IMG/VR virus record: IMGVR_UViG_3300025005_000002 | Location: 64,001 to 128,000 of that record | Reading direction: 5' to 3' (one strand) | Origin: a virus | Length of the DNA stretch: 64,000 nucleotides | Part shown: positions 58,948-64,000 of the stretch, in pieces | Layout: each line of letters begins with the position of its first letter | Numbering within the stretch: the first letter of the stretch is position 1 | The notes under the pieces: model-generated | The model's database searches: none | What the model was told of the DNA's origin: nothing | What the model saw: only the letters and a program-made list of their open reading frames with translations | Position numbers and translations under genes: made by a program

Positions 58948-61900
58948 TTGAATACTATCAGTCCAAACGGATTAACAGTACTTAGAAAACGGTATCTTCG
59001 TAAGAAGGGATCAACCCACGAGACACCTGAGGAATTATTTTCACGAGTAGCCAAGGATATAGCAAGTGGTGAAGAACTTCCTAAGAAGAAGAAGGAAGAG
59101 TTAATTGAAGCATATACTAATATGATGGCTAATTTAGAATTCTTGCCAAATACGCCAACATTAGTAAATGCTGGCACTAATAATGGGTGTGCCTATGCAG
59201 CATGTTATCTACTAGATGTTGGTGACTCATTAGATGATATATTTAGCGTTTACCGTAAGGCAGCATTAATACAGAAGGCTGGTGGTGGTGTCGGTATGGA
59301 TTGGTCGAATGTCAGACCACGTGATACCCTCATTAAGTCTACGGGGTATAAGACACGCGGTGTAGTGCAGTTCATTAAGATCTATGCTGATTCCATGTCT
59401 GTGGTAGACCAGGGTGGGATTAGGCCATCTGCGAACATGGGTGTCTTATCTGTTCATCATCCAGATATTCTTGAATTCATTAATATGAAGCATTCTGGTG
59501 CTGCGCAAAATATGAACATTTCAGTAGCTATTACTGATGAGTTTATGAAGGCTAAAGATGAAGGTAAAAAATATAATTTGTATTTTCCTGTGTATGGGAA
59601 CAGGGAAAAGGCGGGCGAGTTAGATGCAAAAGATGTGTGGGATAAAATTGTAGCTATGGCTTGGCGTATTGGTGATCCGGGTATATTGTGGCTTGATCGA
59701 GCAAATAGGGATAACCCAACACCATCCCTTGGGCAACTGCGTGGAACAAACCCGTGTGTGGTTGGTGAAACGTTAATTGCTGTGGCAGATGGACGGAATG
59801 CTGTTAGTATTAAACAGCTTACAGCCGAGGGGAAAGATATTCCAGTATACTCACGTAATTTGAAAACTGGTCAGGTAGAGATTAAGTGGGGTAGAAATCC
59901 ACGTCTAACTGGTGAGAAAAAAGAGGTCTGGAAACTTACATTAGATGATAATTCAACAGTGATAGCAACACCAGACCATAGAATACCATTGAGGGATGGG
60001 GGTGAACGCGTTCTTAAAGACTTATTGCCGGGTGATAGTTTATTACCATTTAATACGTATGTGACGCATAAACGTGGGTGTGACTATAGGCAGATATGTG
60101 AGACGTCTATGCATAAGCCAAAAAATGGTAGATTGCGAGGAAGCAAACGGCAATATCAATTAATATATGATTTTTATAGTGGTGACACAAATTTTGATCC
60201 AACAATGCATGTGTTACATCATGTCTCATGTGATTCTACAGATGACGCATTTGGTAATTTATGTAAAATGACCAACCAAATGCATCAAGAGGTTCACGAC
60301 ATTACGGGTAATAAGAACCCAATGTTAAGGCTTAAGGACCCAGAAGGGTATGCGGAGCAAATGCGACAAACAATGGCAGGACTTAATAATCCCTCGTCGC
60401 GTGTGCGTGGTGCAATGCCGGTTGACGAATGGTATCAGGCAGTTGTAGCAGCCATAAAATTAAGAGTGTATACGCGGGCCCCGGGATATGAGAATGTGTT
60501 TCAATTATGTAAAAAAATGGGGATTCCCACACCAACTAAGTTTAGGTTACGAGCAATTGGGTGCCCAGAAGGAGTGGGGTTTAGAGAGAAGATTAGTAGA
60601 GATACCGGGCTACCAATGATGGTTGTTTATCCAGAGAAGAATGGATGTGCTGGATTAAATAATCCGTCTGCAAAGAAGCATGGTTCGGTTCCGGTTGATG
60701 TGTGGTATGGGAAGGTGAAGGGGCTTGTGCTTCGTAAACAAAGATTACCGACATGGAAAGAACTGCACAGATTTTATAAGGAAACTGGGATGCCTAGTCA
60801 TAAAAGATTCAGGCTTAACAGTTGTGGGGTTGATACGTTGGCCGAGTTGTGGGACCGGATTCGTGCAGAGATACTTGTGGAGCATAATATTGAGATATCA
60901 CGACAGACAAATAAATCTATAGGTACACTTGATAAGGCTGTTGCGTATTGGAATCATAAAGTAAAGTCTGTTGAATTTCATGGGTACGAAGACGTGTATA
61001 ACATTACAGTGGATGACAATCACAATTATTGTATTATAACGTCCTGGACTGATACCAAATTTATGGGGTCTAGTGGTATATGCAAATTTAATTGTGGCGA
61101 GACCTGGTTACTTCCTGGGGAAAGTTGTTGTCTTGGATCAATAAATTTGGTGGCGATGTTAAAGAAAAAGGTAGATGCTGATGGAGTGATTATATATGAG
61201 TGGGACTATGATAAGATTAATAAAACGGTGCCAATGGCAGTTAGATTTTTAGACAGTGTTCTAGATGTTAGTCCGCAACCATTGCAAGAGATTAAAGATG
61301 CGATGATGAAAACAAGGAAGATTGGTCTCGGTGTAATGGGGTTTGCTGATGCCCTGATTAAAATGAAGATACAATATAATTCGATGCAAGGACTTGAACA
61401 AGCTGAGCATATTATGGGGTATATCAATACCAAGGCGATGGATGTTAGTGTTGAATTGGGGAAAGAAAAAGGAGTATTTCCAGCCTGGGAGTTAGATAAA
61501 TTGGGTACTGCTCGTAGAAATGCTATAGTTACTACAATTGCACCCACTGGATCAATCTCCCTTATCGCTGGAGTATCTTCTGGTATTGAACCTGTGTATG
61601 CTATAGCGTATACACGTATGGCGTTTGGTGATAAGAAGCTGAGTGAATTGCATGCGGATTTTGATGAAGAGATGCGTAGGCGTAGTATAAATATACCAGA
61701 TATGTTTGATGTTATTTTTAATGAGCATAATGGCTCAATCCAAAAGATGAATATACCAGATGATATAAAACGTACATTTGTTACTGCCCATGACATTTTG
61801 CCAGAATGGCACGTACGAATGCAAGCTGCATTTCAGAAGCACACTGGTAATTCTATCAGTAAAACAATTAACATGAAGAAGGATTCAACAATTGAAGACA

Positions 61901-62508
61901 TCGATGAAGCCTACAGGCTCTCGTATAAACTTGGATGTAAAGGAGTCACGATATATAGAGATGGATCGAAATCTGCTCAGATTTTATCTTCAGGTGTACA
62001 AAGCCAACCAGTGGGTCAGAATGGTGGATTTGGACCACGGGTTAGAATTGAGGCACCGACTGGACGAACTTATGAAATACCCTTTGGATTCGGGGATGCT
62101 CTTATTACCGTGAATGAAGATGACATTGGTTTGTGTGAGGTTATTGTAAAAGCTGGTAGGTCTGGGTCGCCAATTTCGGCAGAGGCTGAATCACTTGGTA
62201 GATTGGTGTCATTATTGATGAGATGTGGTGTGTCTACCAAATATATCACCAAGCAACTTCGTGGGATTTCTGCTGGTGAAACGGCATTTTATAAAAGTGG
62301 GCGTACTATTACATCATTATCAGATGCAGTTTGTGCAGCGATAGAAAATCATATAGGATATAAAATGCCAAAGGGTAGTACGCCCACAAAATATAAATAT
62401 GAGTCAGTGCTTACATATAAACAAAATTGCCCGGAGTGTGGTAATTTGGTGATTCATCAATCCAAATGTATAGAATGTTCGGCTTGCGGATGGTCAAAAT
62501 GCAAGTAA
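58948..62508 (+). CDS. nrdJ: Class II (B12-dependent) ribonucleotide reductase with an intein
   Basis: [24 protein letters not shown]|[21 protein letters not shown]-like [13 protein letters not shown]-terminal TSCPD-like domain + CPECG Zn ribbon; no ATP cone. Confidence 0.95.
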   Translation: MNTISPNGLTVLRKRYLRKKGSTHETPEELFSRVAKDIASGEELPKKKKEELIEAYTNMMANLEFLPNTPTLVNAGTNNGCAYAACYLLDVGDSLDDIFSVYRKAALIQKAGGGVGMDWSNVRPRDTLIKSTGYKTRGVVQFIKIYADSMSVVDQGGIRPSANMGVLSVHHPDILEFINMKHSGAAQNMNISVAITDEFMKAKDEGKKYNLYFPVYGNREKAGELDAKDVWDKIVAMAWRIGDPGILWLDRANRDNPTPSLGQLRGTNPCVVGETLIAVADGRNAVSIKQLTAEGKDIPVYSRNLKTGQVEIKWGRNPRLTGEKKEVWKLTLDDNSTVIATPDHRIPLRDGGERVLKDLLPGDSLLPFNTYVTHKRGCDYRQICETSMHKPKNGRLRGSKRQYQLIYDFYSGDTNFDPTMHVLHHVSCDSTDDAFGNLCKMTNQMHQEVHDITGNKNPMLRLKDPEGYAEQMRQTMAGLNNPSSRVRGAMPVDEWYQAVVAAIKLRVYTRAPGYENVFQLCKKMGIPTPTKFRLRAIGCPEGVGFREKISRDTGLPMMVVYPEKNGCAGLNNPSAKKHGSVPVDVWYGKVKGLVLRKQRLPTWKELHRFYKETGMPSHKRFRLNSCGVDTLAELWDRIRAEILVEHNIEISRQTNKSIGTLDKAVAYWNHKVKSVEFHGYEDVYNITVDDNHNYCIITSWTDTKFMGSSGICKFNCGETWLLPGESCCLGSINLVAMLKKKVDADGVIIYEWDYDKINKTVPMAVRFLDSVLDVSPQPLQEIKDAMMKTRKIGLGVMGFADALIKMKIQYNSMQGLEQAEHIMGYINTKAMDVSVELGKEKGVFPAWELDKLGTARRNAIVTTIAPTGSISLIAGVSSGIEPVYAIAYTRMAFGDKKLSELHADFDEEMRRRSINIPDMFDVIFNEHNGSIQKMNIPDDIKRTFVTAHDILPEWHVRMQAAFQKHTGNSISKTINMKKDSTIEDIDEAYRLSYKLGCKGVTIYRDGSKSAQILSSGVQSQPVGQNGGFGPRVRIEAPTGRTYEIPFGFGDALITVNEDDIGLCEVIVKAGRSGSPISAEAESLGRLVSLLMRCGVSTKYITKQLRGISAGETAFYKSGRTITSLSDAVCAAIENHIGYKMPKGSTPTKYKYESVLTYKQNCPECGNLVIHQSKCIECSACGWSKCK
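59755..61092 (+). mobile_element. Intein (446 aa) with HNH-type endonuclease remnant and duplicated accessory domain
   Basis: CVVGET start, ATPDHRI block [16 protein letters not shown] end before the +1 catalytic Cys; HHVSCD..GNLCKM..H region. Confidence 0.95.
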
Positions 62509-62668
62509 ATGATGAGAAAGAAATTGGTAGAGAATTAACCGCTGAGGAAAAGGGAGACATTTTGAAGAAATTTCCTCATTGCTCTCTATGTGGATTCCCT
62601 GAGAGGGATGGTCATAAGAATATGTGTCCTAATACTGAGCCCAAACAACGCTTACTGATGGAAGCCCT

Positions 62669-62947
62669 GTGACTCCAGATCATCGGGAGATAAACCCAGA
62701 AACAGGACAGCAAAAGGGATATGTTGTGCTATCAGAAGAAGAACGAAAGAAAGGGTTTATTAGGCCAGTACGACAAGTTTATTTACATCTTACATGTAAG
62801 ACAACAACAAGGATGGGGATTGCTCTAGCAGAAACGTATGCACGAGATCCAAAATTTTATGGTGGGACATTTTGTGTAACATGTAAAAATCATTTCCCAC
62901 TTGATCAATTTTTGTGGGAAGGGACTAACGAGATAGTGGGGTCCTAA
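62669..62947 (+). CDS. Conserved small Zn-binding phage protein
   Basis: QQKGYVVLSEEER.KGF.RPVR, HLTC, AETYARDPKFY, FCVTC. Confidence 0.7.
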   Translation: MTPDHREINPETGQQKGYVVLSEEERKKGFIRPVRQVYLHLTCKTTTRMGIALAETYARDPKFYGGTFCVTCKNHFPLDQFLWEGTNEIVGS

Positions 62948-63549
62948 ATGCAAGTAAAATTTGAAGATAGTGAATTACGTGAGTATGTAAAACAGCACAT
63001 TGGTGCCGCCACTAAGTCTGTAGTACGTGCAGAAGTTGCCGCACTTATTCATGAAGAGATGGAGAAAAAATTGAGAGAGATAACTCCACATTCTATACAG
63101 GTAGCAATAAGTGGTATCCTTAATGAAAGGATTAAAAAGACTGTTGATGATGCATTTAAGGTTTTAAATGATAGTGGTGTTGATTCAACATATCCGAATT
63201 GGCATCCTCCACTGTTGTTTATTCAAAAAATGACACTTGGGATTAGAGAAGAATTAAAAGAGAAATTGTGGAAATATATATCATCTAAAATAGGGGTTGA
63301 ATTAAATACCTCTCTTAAGGAGCGCAAATGAAGAATAAAAATGTATGGGATATTAAATCAATCGAGGACATTGAAATTCCAGAGATTTTTATGGAAAACG
63401 CTAAGATGGGTATTGCAAGGATTCAGTTTGAGTCCTTAAAGGTTAAGGAATTGCAGAAGTTGAATGAGAAACTTGATAGGTTAATTGCTGTTATGACACC
63501 GTCAAATGTTAAGGTTGCAAAAGGTTCTGCGAAGGGAGATGGACAGTGA
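62948..63549 (+). other. Two hypothetical ORFs (62948-63331, 63328-63549)
   Basis: Coupled ORFs. Confidence 0.6.
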
Positions 63550-64000
63550 GTGTTAGCACACCAATTAAAGATGTTATAGTTAGGCCCCTTATTGTGCACC
63601 ATGATGATCGTGGGTATTTAATGGAGATACTTAGAGATGATAGCCCAACATTTACCAAATTTGGGCAAGTGTATTTAGTTGGTGATGTCGCTAGGGGTAC
63701 TGTACGGGCTTTTCATAGACATAGTGAACTCGTTGATTGGTTCTTTATCTCTCATGGTGCTGCGAAATTCGTATTGGTAGATGGTCGAGAAGATTCTCCG
63801 ACATATCGCAATTATCAGGTCATTGTTACTGGAGATCGTAAACCAGCATGTATCACAGTCCCTCCTGGTGTGTGGCATGGATGGATGGCACTTACTGATG
63901 ATACACAGTTAATTAGTGTAGCTAGTAATTCGCATGATCCTTCTAAATTAGATGAGGAGAGAATCGCCCCAGATTACTTTAATTATATAAAGCGATTTTG
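63546..64000 (+). CDS. rmlC: RmlC-like dTDP-4-dehydrorhamnose 3,5-epimerase (cupin), running off the window end
   Basis: Read from GTG 63546: HDDRGYLMEIL..FGQVY..GTVRAFHRH..LVDGREDSPTY..VPPGVWHGW. No stop before 64000, so it is absent from the ORF track. Confidence 0.85.
   Translation, partial: MSVSTPIKDVIVRPLIVHHDDRGYLMEILRDDSPTFTKFGQVYLVGDVARGTVRAFHRHSELVDWFFISHGAAKFVLVDGREDSPTYRNYQVIVTGDRKPACITVPPGVWHGWMALTDDTQLISVASNSHDPSKLDEERIAPDYFNYIKRF

Noticed and set aside
62669-62947. Assignment as Acb2 or Tad1
   Set aside because: The sequence does not match the motifs I know for either family.
1-64000. Minus-strand ORFs in the track
   Set aside because: All are short shadows of + strand genes, with no recognisable motifs; the + strand is almost fully tiled by coupled genes.

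Overview
This is a 64 kb segment of a large, AT-rich dsDNA bacteriophage genome (jumbo-phage-like). Essentially all genes lie on the + strand and are tightly translationally coupled. No virion structural genes or DNA polymerase fall in the window. From left to right: (i) a complete ubiquitin-like conjugation cassette (E2-like, JAB, ThiF/E1, 76-aa Ubl ending RGN), followed by a SAM methyltransferase, a candidate structured RNA and a phosphoesterase; (ii) a long accessory array of small ORFs with two GC-rich inserted genes, tRNA-Ile(UAU), tRNA-Leu(UAA) and a disrupted Tad2/DUF2829-like gene; (iii) adenosine deaminase, DeoC and several large orphan proteins; (iv) an intein-containing MoxR-type AAA+ ATPase with a vWA/metallopeptidase partner, peptide deformylase, a TNSSS-radical SAM fusion, a CDA-type deaminase and a sigma-like factor; (v) a non-coding candidate origin with a 46-bp tandem repeat; (vi) a replication, recombination and nucleotide module: degenerate NAD ligase, PurZ0-like synthetase, SSB, RecA, resolvase, SF2 helicase, primase-helicase, NMP kinase, NDT-like hydrolase, dUTPase, intein-split class II RNR and an RmlC-like epimerase. 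Several homing endonucleases are decayed, and tRNA-Met(CAU) is preceded by two extra CAU anticodon arms. The top leads are the PurZ0-like gene (possible 2-aminoadenine genome) with a possibly non-canonical adenine-removal toolkit, and the phage-borne ubiquitin-like system. Several genes break at homopolymer runs, which may be sequencing error. All family assignments come from motif recognition by eye; no database searches were run.
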